Assembly (NCBI GenBank): GCA_040384765.1
Contig: JAZKIQ010000006.1
Coordinates: 1 to 20,212 of the forward strand
Length of the DNA stretch: 20,212 nt
Origin: Patescibacteria group bacterium
GTDB taxonomy: Bacteria > Patescibacteriota > Minisyncoccia > Phycocordibacterales > JBBUBG01
Reading direction: 5' to 3'
How positions within the stretch are numbered: position 1 is the first letter of the stretch; each line of letters begins with the position of its first letter. The notes under the pieces are model-generated. The model was not told where the DNA came from and searched no databases. It was given only the letters and a program-made list of their open reading frames with translations. The translations under genes were made by a program, and so were the position numbers. Below are positions 1 through 7,963 of this stretch, piece after piece.

Positions 1-2
1 AA

Positions 3-125
3 TAGCACCCGGAATACGAGCGCCACGATGGTGGTCATGCAGACCCCCACGAGCGCTTGGCCGATGCACTCTGCCGCGATCACGCGGGCAGGCATCGGCC
101 GGAGCATCCATTGATTCTTCCTCAT
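3..125 (-). CDS. Hypothetical membrane protein, N-terminal part (runs off the window edge)
   Basis: Read manually, not in the ORF track. ATG at 125 is preceded by TAAGGAGG (stop of the upstream gene plus SD). Translates MRKNQWMLRPMPARVIAAECIGQALVGVCMTTIVALVFRVL with a hydrophobic segment. Confidence 0.65.
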   Translation of the reverse strand, partial: MRKNQWMLRPMPARVIAAECIGQALVGVCMTTIVALVFRVL

Positions 126-135
126 ACCCGCCTCC

Positions 136-618
136 TTAGCGCGGCACTGCGAGGAATCCAACGAGGAGGACGAAGGTCACCACGACCCCCACCCATCCGA
201 ACGTCTTGGAGGCCCTCCACTTCTCCTCGAGCTCCTTGAGCGTCGGGAAGCTGTGGACTGGGTACACGAGGTCGAAGTCATGCGACCCCGTCAAAGGCCA
301 CAACACCCAGAAGTGGTGAATCCCGTCGGAGATGATGCATCCCCAACCGATCCCCGCCGCAAGCTCGGCCCACGTCCCGAGGTAGCTGCCGACCATCGGC
401 ACCAACGTCATCGGGAACAGGTTCCGCACCAGGACGAGCAGGACCCCCACGTAGCCGTGGTGAATCCGAAGTCCGCACGTGCACTTCCCGATGAACCCGG
501 TGTTCTGGGTCGACTTCTTCTTGAGGACGAACCTCGCGAAGAGACACGCCACCTCGAACCCGATCGCGAACAGTACGGCGACCAGAACGACTGTCTTCGA
601 ACCAAACAGAGTGACCAC
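136..618 (-). CDS. Hypothetical multi-pass membrane protein with paired His motifs
   Basis: 160 aa, GTG start with AAAGGAGG upstream, 3-4 hydrophobic helices, motifs RIHHGY and SDGIHHF. Confidence 0.8.
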   Translation of the reverse strand: MVTLFGSKTVVLVAVLFAIGFEVACLFARFVLKKKSTQNTGFIGKCTCGLRIHHGYVGVLLVLVRNLFPMTLVPMVGSYLGTWAELAAGIGWGCIISDGIHHFWVLWPLTGSHDFDLVYPVHSFPTLKELEEKWRASKTFGWVGVVVTFVLLVGFLAVPR

Positions 619-685
619 TGGCCACCCTCCTTTCGATCCGGCTTGAGCCGAATCAATCTGTATATGTCAAAAATCTTACCCTTAT

Positions 686-714
686 ATAATAGCATACTTT
701 TATTAAAAAGTCAA
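686..714 (-). promoter_or_regulatory. Sigma70-type promoter for the 136..618 operon
   Basis: Minus strand TTGACT (714-709), 17-nt spacer, TATTAT (691-686) with an extended -10 TGn. Confidence 0.6.
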
Positions 715-745
715 CCCCGTTAGAGGTCTTCGCCTCTAACGGGGT
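714..745. repeat. Short perfect palindrome (REP-like)
   Basis: ACCCCGTTAGAGG-tcttcg-CCTCTAACGGGGT, 13-bp perfect stem, no U-tract on either strand. Confidence 0.7.
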
Positions 746-750
746 CAAGC

Positions 751-796
751 ACAAAAACGCCAAAAGAGCCTTGTAGAACAAGGCTCTTTTGGCGTT
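751..796 (-). terminator. Rho-independent terminator of the amidase gene
   Basis: 19-bp perfect inverted repeat (756-774 / 778-796) directly after the stop at 799, ending in a T-run on the minus strand. Confidence 0.8.
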
Positions 797-798
797 AG

Positions 799-1947
799 CT
801 ATTTACGATACAGCGTGTTGAGCAAAGCTCTCGTCTTTGGGCCAAACTCCCCTGTGGCGTATCCAAACTGCTTTTCCTGAAAATTGGCGAGCGCGTCTTC
901 CGTACAATCCCCAAAAGTACCTGAGAGCGGGCAGTCGCGAAGCGAGAGCGGATACGGTGGATACACTCCCTGATCTCGCAAAGCGTACTGAAGGGCAAGT
1001 ACCTCAACCGATCCTTTCATCCCCTTCGCGAGCGATCCACTCCACTGATGCGGGAGTATCGTTGTATTTCTAGTCGATATTTTTTTGCTCGGGTTGAGGT
1101 ACCTCTCAAGCGCATCGTATGTTTGGTAGGCAAGCTCCTTCAGCATTTTCGGACGTAGCGCCGGAAAGCGGATATGCGGATCGTAGATGTAGCCGTACTC
1201 CACCAGAAGCGAAGCGCCGTCGCGAGTGTCGTACTGCCCGATCGCAATAAGATCCTGGTCTTCCACAACCACCGCCGACTCAATAGGCAACGTACTTCCC
1301 GCTAAAAACTGTCCCAGTGATCGAGACACCTCTTCGCCCACAGTGCGTGAAAGCACAGCATTTCCATACTGGCGCTCGGGAATATAGATGGTGTAGCCCG
1401 TATATTTTCCTATCTCTGCAATGCCATGACAGCAGTAGTCGTTGAAGTGAACATGGAGGACAAGTGCGACGTCCGTTTCATTCGCATATTTGTTGATCGC
1501 GGTAAGGTAGGTGGCGGTATCCTGATCAGCAGTGTTGTGCTGTACGCCGTCGACGCTCTTCACGCTACCTGTGGCCACGGCCGCTTTCATCTTGGCCCGA
1601 TGCTCTGCGCGCCACGCAAGGATCTCTCCCCCACTATCTTCTACATACTCCTTGAGCCAGTCTGCATACTCTCCATTCTTTTCCCGTGAGATCTGTACCG
1701 AGATTTTTGGATCTTTTGCGAGGTAGTCGCGCAGGTGATACGCAAGAGTGAGATTAAGCTCACCCTCCTTGTAGAGCGACTTCCCTTTGCCAAACTGGGT
1801 ACCCCAGCGCACGGGGTCGTGGCCAGGCACGATGATCACCTTGAGATTGCCAGATATGTACTGGGCCCTGAGATCTGCCTCCGAAAACGGCGCAGCAAAC
1901 GCAGCCGTGGGAACAAAAAACAGAAGTAAGCAGAGAAACTTTTTCAC
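799..1947 (-). CDS. N-acetylmuramoyl-L-alanine amidase (Amidase_3) with signal peptide and C-terminal peptidoglycan-binding domain
   Basis: Signal peptide MKKFLCLLLFFVPTAAFA. Zn-amidase motifs IIVPGHD, E(GELN), LHVHFN and LVEYGY. C-terminal PG_binding_1-like segment (LAKGMKGSVEVLALQYAL...FGDCTEDALANFQ...GEFGPKTRALLN). Confidence 0.88.
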   Translation of the reverse strand: MKKFLCLLLFFVPTAAFAAPFSEADLRAQYISGNLKVIIVPGHDPVRWGTQFGKGKSLYKEGELNLTLAYHLRDYLAKDPKISVQISREKNGEYADWLKEYVEDSGGEILAWRAEHRAKMKAAVATGSVKSVDGVQHNTADQDTATYLTAINKYANETDVALVLHVHFNDYCCHGIAEIGKYTGYTIYIPERQYGNAVLSRTVGEEVSRSLGQFLAGSTLPIESAVVVEDQDLIAIGQYDTRDGASLLVEYGYIYDPHIRFPALRPKMLKELAYQTYDALERYLNPSKKISTRNTTILPHQWSGSLAKGMKGSVEVLALQYALRDQGVYPPYPLSLRDCPLSGTFGDCTEDALANFQEKQFGYATGEFGPKTRALLNTLYRK

Positions 1948-1966
1948 CTCCTGAGTATATCAATTG

Positions 1967-2039
1967 TGGACGTGCCTGGCTTCGATCCAGGGACCGCCGA
2001 GGTATAAGCTCGGTGCTCTACCAGCTGAGCTACACGTCC
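1967..2039 (-). tRNA. tRNA-Ile(UAU), 73 nt, CCA not encoded
   Basis: Full cloverleaf on the minus strand: GGACGTG TA GCTC AGCTGGTA GAGC A CCGAG CTTATAC CTCGG CGGTC CCTGG ATCGAAG CCAGG CACGTCC A. Anticodon TAT (complement of 2004-2006), discriminator A. Confidence 0.93.
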
Positions 2040-2121
2040 ATTTATTTTTACTCTCACTCACTCCGGCTCGACAAGCTCGGTCAAGCCTTATACAGCAAAC
2101 CTCATACTAAAGAAAAGAAAG

Positions 2122-2168
2122 CAAAAACGAAAGCCCGGGCGCGCTTCGCGCGCCCGGGCTTTCGTTTT
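2122..2168 (-). terminator. Rho-independent terminator of ftsH (potentially bidirectional)
   Basis: 21-bp perfect inverted repeat AAAACGAAAGCCCGGGCGCGC (2124-2144) / 2148-2168, just past the ftsH stop. Confidence 0.85.
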
Positions 2169-2176
2169 CACCACCC

Positions 2177-4102
2177 TTACATGTGCGGCCCGATCTCCAA
2201 TTTAATTGCCGAAAGACTATCCTCCTTTTTCTTTGGCTTAATGCCGTTCAAAATCAAAAGCTCTTCAAACTCCTTTCTCTCTAGACTTTCTACCTGTGTA
2301 AGCTCTGCGGCAATGCTGTCGAGCGCTTTGCGATGCTTTTCGAGCACCTCTTTTGCGCGCTTAAGGCCCTCTTCCATCATTCGCTGCACCTCATGGTCCA
2401 CTTTTGCAGCAACCTCCGGTGAGTATGTTTGAGATACCGGTTTTTCATAGCCGGTGAGCGGAGCATCCCCCTCGATAGATACGGGACCAACGGCATCGGA
2501 CATTCCATATTTCATCACCATGTTTCGAGCAAGAGAAGTAGCAACCGCGATATCGTTTGAAGGACCCGTAGTGATATCTCCATAGATCATCTGCTCTGCC
2601 GCGTAGCCACCAAGAGCGACGGCGATATCATCGAGAAACTCTTTCTTCGACGACATACGCTTCTCTTCGAGCGGAAGCTTGAGAGTGTAGCCGCCGGCGC
2701 GGCCACGAGAGATGATCGTCACCTTGTGCACTGGGTCGGCATACGGAAGCACAGACGATACGAGTGCATGCCCCACCTCATGGTAAGCGGTGAGCTCTTT
2801 TTCTCTGCTGGAGAGAATATAGCTCTTGCGCTCGGGACCGAGCAGTACTTTTTCGATCGAGCGTATAAGGTCGTACTGCGACACGCTCTTCCTATTTTCG
2901 CGTGCAGCAAGGATAGCTGCTTCGTTTACCAGATTCGCAAGATCCGCACCCGAAAAGCCTGGCGTACGCTCTGCGATTACATGCAGATCAACATCCTCAT
3001 ACAGATTCTTCGAGGCAGCATGAATACCGAGAATAGCCTCACGGTCTCTGATATCTGGCAGATCAAGCATCACCCGGCGGTCAAAACGGCCTGGGCGCAA
3101 AAGCGCAGGGTCGAGCACATCGGGCCTGTTGGTGCCAGCCATGACGATCACTTTTTCGTTTGGCTCAAAACCATCCATCTCCACGAGAATCTGGTTGAGG
3201 GTCTGCTCGCGCTCGTCGTTGCCCCCACCCATACCAGAGCCGCGATGCCGGCCCACAGCATCGATCTCATCGATAAAAATAATGGCAGGAGCTACTTTCT
3301 TTGCCATACGGAAAAGGTCTCGGGTACGCGATGCACCCACTCCGACAAACATCTCCACAAATTCAGATCCCGATAGATAGAGAAACGGCACCCCCGCCTC
3401 GCCTGCCACCGCTCGCGCAAGGAGCGTCTTTCCAGTGCCTGGGGCGCCCATCAAGAGCACGCCCTTTGGAATGCGCGCACCGATCTCGAGAAACTTCTGT
3501 GGATTTTTCAAAAAGTCGACAATCTCCGAAAGCTCCTCTTTTGCCTCCCGCACACCAGCAACATCCTTAAAGGTCACCTTTTGCTTCTGGTCCGATGGGT
3601 CGATGATGCGAGCGCGCGACTGGCCAAATGAAAACGCCTGCATCGAGGAACCTTTCACCTGACGAAAAAGGAACCAGAAGAACGCGCCCATGATAAGGAG
3701 GGTCGGGAGAAACGGCAGAAAAGCAGAAAGCCAGAAGGTAAGGCCCCCTGGATCGTTTACCTCTATCCGAAGCGCAGAGAGCTTCTCAGAAGGAACACCG
3801 TAGGTCGCGAGCTGCTCAGAAAGAGCCGACTCGATCTCTTTTTTTGAGGTTTTGGTCGTACCGTCTTTGTATGAAATCTCAAGGTCATCTCCCCGAAGAG
3901 CTACTTTTGAAACGAGGTCGCTCTTGATATCTGCCGCAACACTAGAGAGCGGAACCGTATTTTGCTCCTTCTCCCGCTCCGTCACAAACGAGCGCAACGC
4001 TACAATGAGAAGCAAAAATAAAATGACGCCGATCAGGTTTTTTCCGTACTGGGAGAGGAGATTCTTGGTGTCGTTGTTGTTTGGCATAGAGGGATCTTCC
4101 AT
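2177..4102 (-). CDS. ftsH: ATP-dependent zinc metalloprotease FtsH
   Basis: Two N-terminal TM helices, Walker A GAPGTGKT, pore motif FVEMFVG, Walker [12 protein letters not shown] ([19 protein letters not shown]), zinc motif HEVGH. Start placed at ATG 4102 (alternative 4087), 10 nt below a TGgTACGAT extended -10; the ORF-track start at 4234 overlaps the next gene. Confidence 0.97.
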   Translation of the reverse strand: MEDPSMPNNNDTKNLLSQYGKNLIGVILFLLLIVALRSFVTEREKEQNTVPLSSVAADIKSDLVSKVALRGDDLEISYKDGTTKTSKKEIESALSEQLATYGVPSEKLSALRIEVNDPGGLTFWLSAFLPFLPTLLIMGAFFWFLFRQVKGSSMQAFSFGQSRARIIDPSDQKQKVTFKDVAGVREAKEELSEIVDFLKNPQKFLEIGARIPKGVLLMGAPGTGKTLLARAVAGEAGVPFLYLSGSEFVEMFVGVGASRTRDLFRMAKKVAPAIIFIDEIDAVGRHRGSGMGGGNDEREQTLNQILVEMDGFEPNEKVIVMAGTNRPDVLDPALLRPGRFDRRVMLDLPDIRDREAILGIHAASKNLYEDVDLHVIAERTPGFSGADLANLVNEAAILAARENRKSVSQYDLIRSIEKVLLGPERKSYILSSREKELTAYHEVGHALVSSVLPYADPVHKVTIISRGRAGGYTLKLPLEEKRMSSKKEFLDDIAVALGGYAAEQMIYGDITTGPSNDIAVATSLARNMVMKYGMSDAVGPVSIEGDAPLTGYEKPVSQTYSPEVAAKVDHEVQRMMEEGLKRAKEVLEKHRKALDSIAAELTQVESLERKEFEELLILNGIKPKKKEDSLSAIKLEIGPHM

Positions 4103-4194
4103 AATTCTCGAGATCGTACCATTTTTCCGCCAAACGAGAAAGGGCTGGGATGCATCTTGTAAGACGCTTCCCAGCCCGGCTTCTTTCGGTCGTG

Positions 4195-4644
4195 CTATTC
4201 GTTCGGAGCTGCGCTCGCGACTATGCCTGCACACTGGTCTGCGAGCGCGAGCCTCTGTTTGAGCAGAGTTCCCACCTTAGTACAGAGGAGGGTAAAGTTG
4301 AGAGGCTTGGCGTAGATCCCGTCGAAGCCGGACTGCTCCAGCTCGGCGCGGTCGTCGGTGGTGATGTTTCCCGTCACGAGCAGAGCGAGAAGCCCCGGCT
4401 GGACTTTTCGCAGATCATGGAGGAGCTCAACACCGTTCTTGGTTGGCATGCTGAGGTCAGTGACCAGCAGCTCCACGGAGTGGAGCTTAGCCAGGTTTTC
4501 CGCCTCAATCGGGTTTCCGACGCACTTCACCTTGAAGCAGTACGGTGCGTCCTCGAGCCAGTCGAAGAACGTCCCGTACAATTCGAGGATGTCGGGATCA
4601 TCATCAACGAACATCGCAGTCGGCCGCCTTGTCTGGTGTGGCAC
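4195..4644 (-). CDS. Single-domain response regulator (CheY-like receiver)
   Basis: FVDDD acidic pocket, phospho-acceptor region LLVTDLSMP..NG, LLVTG, and conserved KP. No output domain. Confidence 0.88.
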   Translation of the reverse strand: MPHQTRRPTAMFVDDDPDILELYGTFFDWLEDAPYCFKVKCVGNPIEAENLAKLHSVELLVTDLSMPTKNGVELLHDLRKVQPGLLALLVTGNITTDDRAELEQSGFDGIYAKPLNFTLLCTKVGTLLKQRLALADQCAGIVASAAPNE

Positions 4645-4762
4645 GATGCACTATTCTCCCTTTCCCCCTACTACATATTGATAGTAGCAATACCTTCGCC
4701 TTATTTCTGCCGCTTTATCAACCCTCCTTCCTGACATAGTGGGGACAGACTTTCCATCAGAA

Positions 4763-4791
4763 ATTATTGGATAGATTCAAGATATTGTCAA
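4763..4791 (-). promoter_or_regulatory. Candidate sigma70 promoter upstream of the response regulator
   Basis: TTGACA (4791-4786), 17 nt, AATAAT (4768-4763). Confidence 0.45.
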
Positions 4792-4881
4792 TACCTCTCC
4801 CGGCCCCAGGAGAAAAAACCAGAGGGCCAGAAAAACAAGTGCGCAGGCGAGCATGCCAAGAAGAAACTGCCATGTAGTCAT
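4777..4881 (-). CDS. Putative 34-aa single-pass membrane microprotein
   Basis: Below the ORF-track cutoff: MTTWQFLLGMLACALVFLALWFFLLGPGEVLTIS. One long hydrophobic stretch, co-oriented with neighbours, no SD. Confidence 0.45.
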   Translation of the reverse strand: MTTWQFLLGMLACALVFLALWFFLLGPGEVLTIS

Positions 4882-4923
4882 GCGTTCGAAGACTTGTGCG
4901 TCTTGCAACACTTACACTCAAAA

Positions 4924-5049
4924 TAGACCCCGCCTAGAATCGCCAGATCCGAGACGACGAGGAAGGAAAATCTGAGACGTACTTAAAGGTACGTTGAAGT
5001 TTTTCCTAACGAAGGCAACGAAGGAGGTGGCGATTCTAGGCGGGGTCTA
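4924..5049. mobile_element. 126-bp MITE-like palindromic element with 22-bp perfect terminal inverted repeats
   Basis: TAGACCCCGCCTAGAATCGCCA (4924-4945) and its exact reverse complement (5028-5049). Both ends carry TA. Internal ACGTAC-ttaaag-GTACGT hairpin and GGAAAA/TTTTCC pairing. Confidence 0.8.
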
Positions 5050-5529
5050 CCAGATACCGAGAGCTGGGAGAAGCCCCCCAAAAAGAACAAGCAGTATGAA
5101 GGCCAAATCCTTGAAAATACGCGAGCCGATCTCCGCAGGGTGTTCTCGCACTTCGAGTATCGAATACATCACTGCAAGTGCGATGTTGGTCATGAGAAAG
5201 AGCATCGCTACACGTGGGTCCACAAAAAGGCCGAGCAGTATCCCAAGCGAGTTGATGATAAAAGTGTAGCCGATGAGAAAGGTAGCAAACGCAAACCCTT
5301 TCCAGATCTCGGGCTTACGTGTAAAGCCGAGGCGGGCTCGAGAAAAAAGTGAGCTGAGGATAAACGGGACCGCGAGCGAAATTTGTGTAGGGAGAAACAG
5401 AGTGCTCGACAAAATGTCAGGGCGCAGCGTGAGGATAAAGAAGAGTGCACCAATGCATGCACTGAAAAGACTAATGTTGATGAGAAGCCTAAACTCGCTA
5501 CGAGAAACCTGGCCTGGAGTCACTTTCAT
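5047..5529 (-). CDS. Hypothetical multi-pass membrane protein
   Basis: About five hydrophobic helices. Start placed at ATG 5529 (alternative 5538) because TGaTACGAT lies 9 nt above it. The TAG stop overlaps the MITE-like end. Confidence 0.8.
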   Translation of the reverse strand: MKVTPGQVSRSEFRLLINISLFSACIGALFFILTLRPDILSSTLFLPTQISLAVPFILSSLFSRARLGFTRKPEIWKGFAFATFLIGYTFIINSLGILLGLFVDPRVAMLFLMTNIALAVMYSILEVREHPAEIGSRIFKDLAFILLVLFGGLLPALGIW

Positions 5530-5646
5530 TATGCTCATATCGTATCATATTGAGTTCGAGTGATACTGTGGATCAATTTGGACAGATCACTCATTCGTGA
5601 TAACTTTTTTGCAGGGGTTCAAAGACGGAAAGGAAAAAGGTGAGAC

Positions 5647-6231
5647 GTGCGCCGACGTGCGACTCTGATTATGATCTGTCTCTCGGTAGTACTCTTTTCA
5701 CGAGTTCTCCCGAAGAGCGTTCGCAAGCCGAAGGGTCAGAAGAAGGTGCGAGTACAGAAGATCTTCGACTACCCTTCGAGCATGGGCCACTACGATGCGG
5801 ACGTGTGCACCTTTCGGTGCTTCGATGACCGCTTCACGAGGGCCACAGAGGAGCTCGAGCGGGCCCAGGGGTGGACTCATCACGTCGACCGTATCGTGCG
5901 GCCAGGAGGGGCCAAGCGACTCATCTGTGATGACCCGAGCGATCCGACCATCGATGCAGCATCGTGTCTCGACGACATGCAGCTCTCGGTGAAGCTCCAT
6001 CATCCCAAGGTGATCGCGATCTTCCTCCATCAAGAATGCGGCGCATATGGCGACGCCATGCCAAAGGAGCATGACAAGGCGCTCGAATTTATCGCGGTCG
6101 AGCTCCGGCGTGCTCGCGAGACCATCGAAGAGAGCGGCCTTCCCTGTCGTATTCGCACCTTCGCAGCGATGTTCGACGGGATCCGGGAGATCGATCCTCC
6201 ATTTCACACCGTTACCGCAAGGAGCAACTGA
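5647..6231 (+). CDS. Beta-carbonic anhydrase-like protein
   Basis: Beta-CA zinc ligand pattern CxDxR (RCFDDRF), PGG, and HxxC (FLHQECGAYG). Start uncertain (GTG 5647 or ATG 5671). Confidence 0.72.
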   Translation: MRRRATLIMICLSVVLFSRVLPKSVRKPKGQKKVRVQKIFDYPSSMGHYDADVCTFRCFDDRFTRATEELERAQGWTHHVDRIVRPGGAKRLICDDPSDPTIDAASCLDDMQLSVKLHHPKVIAIFLHQECGAYGDAMPKEHDKALEFIAVELRRARETIEESGLPCRIRTFAAMFDGIREIDPPFHTVTARSN

Positions 6232-6251
6232 CGAAACCGGCCAACCGGCCC

Positions 6252-6294
6252 AAGCGGCGAGGTCCCAGAAAAAACTTTGGACCTCGCCGCTTTT
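6252..6294 (+). terminator. Rho-independent terminator between convergent genes
   Basis: AAGCGGCGAGGTCC (6252-6265) / GGACCTCGCCGCTT (6279-6292) followed by T residues. Confidence 0.7.
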
Positions 6295-6323
6295 CTCATA
6301 CAAAAAAACGACCCGCGGCGCCC

Positions 6324-7313
6324 TCAGCGCAGATCGTACTCGTACACAATCTTGCTTATCGAGCGTATCGCCTCGGCGAGAGGCGCGAATGAGCCCCCAC
6401 GCGTCATGACACACAAAAGGTACGGGCTTTCGGGGCGATAGACTATCCCGCAGTCGTGCAGCTCGGCCACCACAAGACCTCCCAAAGGACGGGTGACCAC
6501 AGCGCGCTCTCCAAATTTTTCGGCGACATTAATATCCGATGGGATCCCTGAGCGTATCCCCTCTGCAAAGCCACCCTCGGCGAGAAGCTTCATCGCTTTC
6601 TCAGAAAACGCATGGTTGAGATAGGTTGCGTTGTAGAGGGTGCGAAAGAAAAATGAGTATGACTTCGGCGACATAAAATCCACGTTGTCGCTGCGCGGCG
6701 GCAGGGGCAAACCGAGGTCGGTAAACACCTCGAGGAGATAGTCGGCTTTGAGGTTGCGGCGTAGGAGCTCGAGAGCGTTGTTGTCCGAATGTACAATCAT
6801 ATAGCGGATCAGCTCGTCGACAGAGTAGGTCCCAACGGTAAGGAGCTTGGCCGACTTAAAATTTTGCCCAATGTTCTGGTCAAAGGTGCCATCATACAAA
6901 ACCTTCTTTTCGAGAATATCAGGATGGGTCTCTGCGTATTTATAGTACGCAAGCATCATCGGCACCTTAAGGAGGCTCGCCGGTGTAAACCGCTCGTTTT
7001 CATTCACACCCATCCATGCACCCGTCTGGAGGTCGCGCATATATACCGAGAGCTCCGCCTTCGGATCTTTTTCTTTTACCGATCGCGCCACCTGCTCAAC
7101 CTTTTTTTGAAGAGATCCATATTCTACAAACTCTTTCTGAGGTGCATTGCAATAGAGAAGCGGCTTCACATACGAAAAGCCGAGGTCGTTTCGGACAAAC
7201 GGCGAGATCGGCTCTTTTGCTGGAGCGAGGAGATGAGAGAGGAAAAAACCAGAGACGCCCCCGCCAAGAAACACAGCGATGAAAAGCGAGATTTTTCTCC
7301 ATTCAAGAACCAT
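6324..7313 (-). CDS. Class A beta-lactamase-related serine hydrolase (Beta-lactamase2 family), membrane anchored
   Basis: SxxK (PASLLK), SDN (HSDNNA), KxG variant (AEKFG), HDCGIVY, N-terminal TM. Start at ATG 7313, 6 nt below TGcTATACT. Confidence 0.85.
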   Translation of the reverse strand: MVLEWRKISLFIAVFLGGGVSGFFLSHLLAPAKEPISPFVRNDLGFSYVKPLLYCNAPQKEFVEYGSLQKKVEQVARSVKEKDPKAELSVYMRDLQTGAWMGVNENERFTPASLLKVPMMLAYYKYAETHPDILEKKVLYDGTFDQNIGQNFKSAKLLTVGTYSVDELIRYMIVHSDNNALELLRRNLKADYLLEVFTDLGLPLPPRSDNVDFMSPKSYSFFFRTLYNATYLNHAFSEKAMKLLAEGGFAEGIRSGIPSDINVAEKFGERAVVTRPLGGLVVAELHDCGIVYRPESPYLLCVMTRGGSFAPLAEAIRSISKIVYEYDLR

Positions 7314-7454
7314 GCCGGGAGTATAGCACCCGAGAGCGATACGAAAAGCGACTCTCGTAATCCACAGAAATGACTGTACAGCGCCGAGATGCGGCACTCT
7401 TCCTGCTACACTAGTGACAACAGTAACTATTTATTTTTAAGTTCTTTAATTCCA

Positions 7455-7856
7455 ATGCTGCAGCTTACTCTTTTTCTCGCACAGATATTTGGCATCACCT
7501 TTCTCTTGGCGGGCCTCACCATGCTTCTCGAACGCAAGATGATGCTCGAGGTGCTTCGTGACATGGTTGAAAATCGAGCGCTCCTCTATGTGCTCGGTAT
7601 TCTCGACCTTATCTTCGGTCTTGCGATAGTGCTCACCCACAACGTCTGGGATGCGGACATGCTCACAACAACCATTACCGCGATCGGCTGGCTCACGCTC
7701 ATAAAAGGTGTAGGCCGCATGGTGATCCCAACCGCAACGATCAAGCGCTGGTACTCTAAAAACAACATCGGGAAGATGCTTCCCTTTGCTGGACTCATAA
7801 TGATCGTAGTTGGCGGGTACCTTACCTACAACGGCTTCTGGCCGATGTACTACTAG
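7455..7856 (+). CDS. Hypothetical four-helix membrane protein
   Basis: 133 aa from ATG 7455, four hydrophobic segments, motif HNVW...IGWLTLIKG. Confidence 0.8.
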   Translation: MLQLTLFLAQIFGITFLLAGLTMLLERKMMLEVLRDMVENRALLYVLGILDLIFGLAIVLTHNVWDADMLTTTITAIGWLTLIKGVGRMVIPTATIKRWYSKNNIGKMLPFAGLIMIVVGGYLTYNGFWPMYY

Positions 7857-7870
7857 GACATCCTATGTAT

Positions 7871-7902
7871 AAAAAATGCGCGCCTTACGGCGCGCATTTT
7901 TT
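7871..7902. terminator. Bidirectional Rho-independent terminator
   Basis: AAAAAATGCGCGCC-ttac-GGCGCGCATTTTTT between convergent genes. Confidence 0.85.
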
Positions 7903-7963
7903 ATTTTGTAAAAGAAAAGCCCCTCCGAAGACGAAGGGGCATCGACAGAACACGAGGAACCGA

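Noticed and set aside
2067-2087. CTCGACAAGCTCGGTCAAG between the tRNA and the ftsH terminator, reminiscent of a REP-like motif
   Set aside because: Single short occurrence with no partner copy in the window; cannot be distinguished from chance.
4103-4234. Extended FtsH N-terminus
   Set aside because: Overlaps the receiver gene and contains the likely ftsH promoter.
5698-6414. 238-aa minus-strand ORF and similar long overlapping ORFs (253..723, 2726..3376, 4150..4734, 6789..7373, 9807..10298, 12715..13380)
   Set aside because: Shadows of better-supported genes on the opposite strand.
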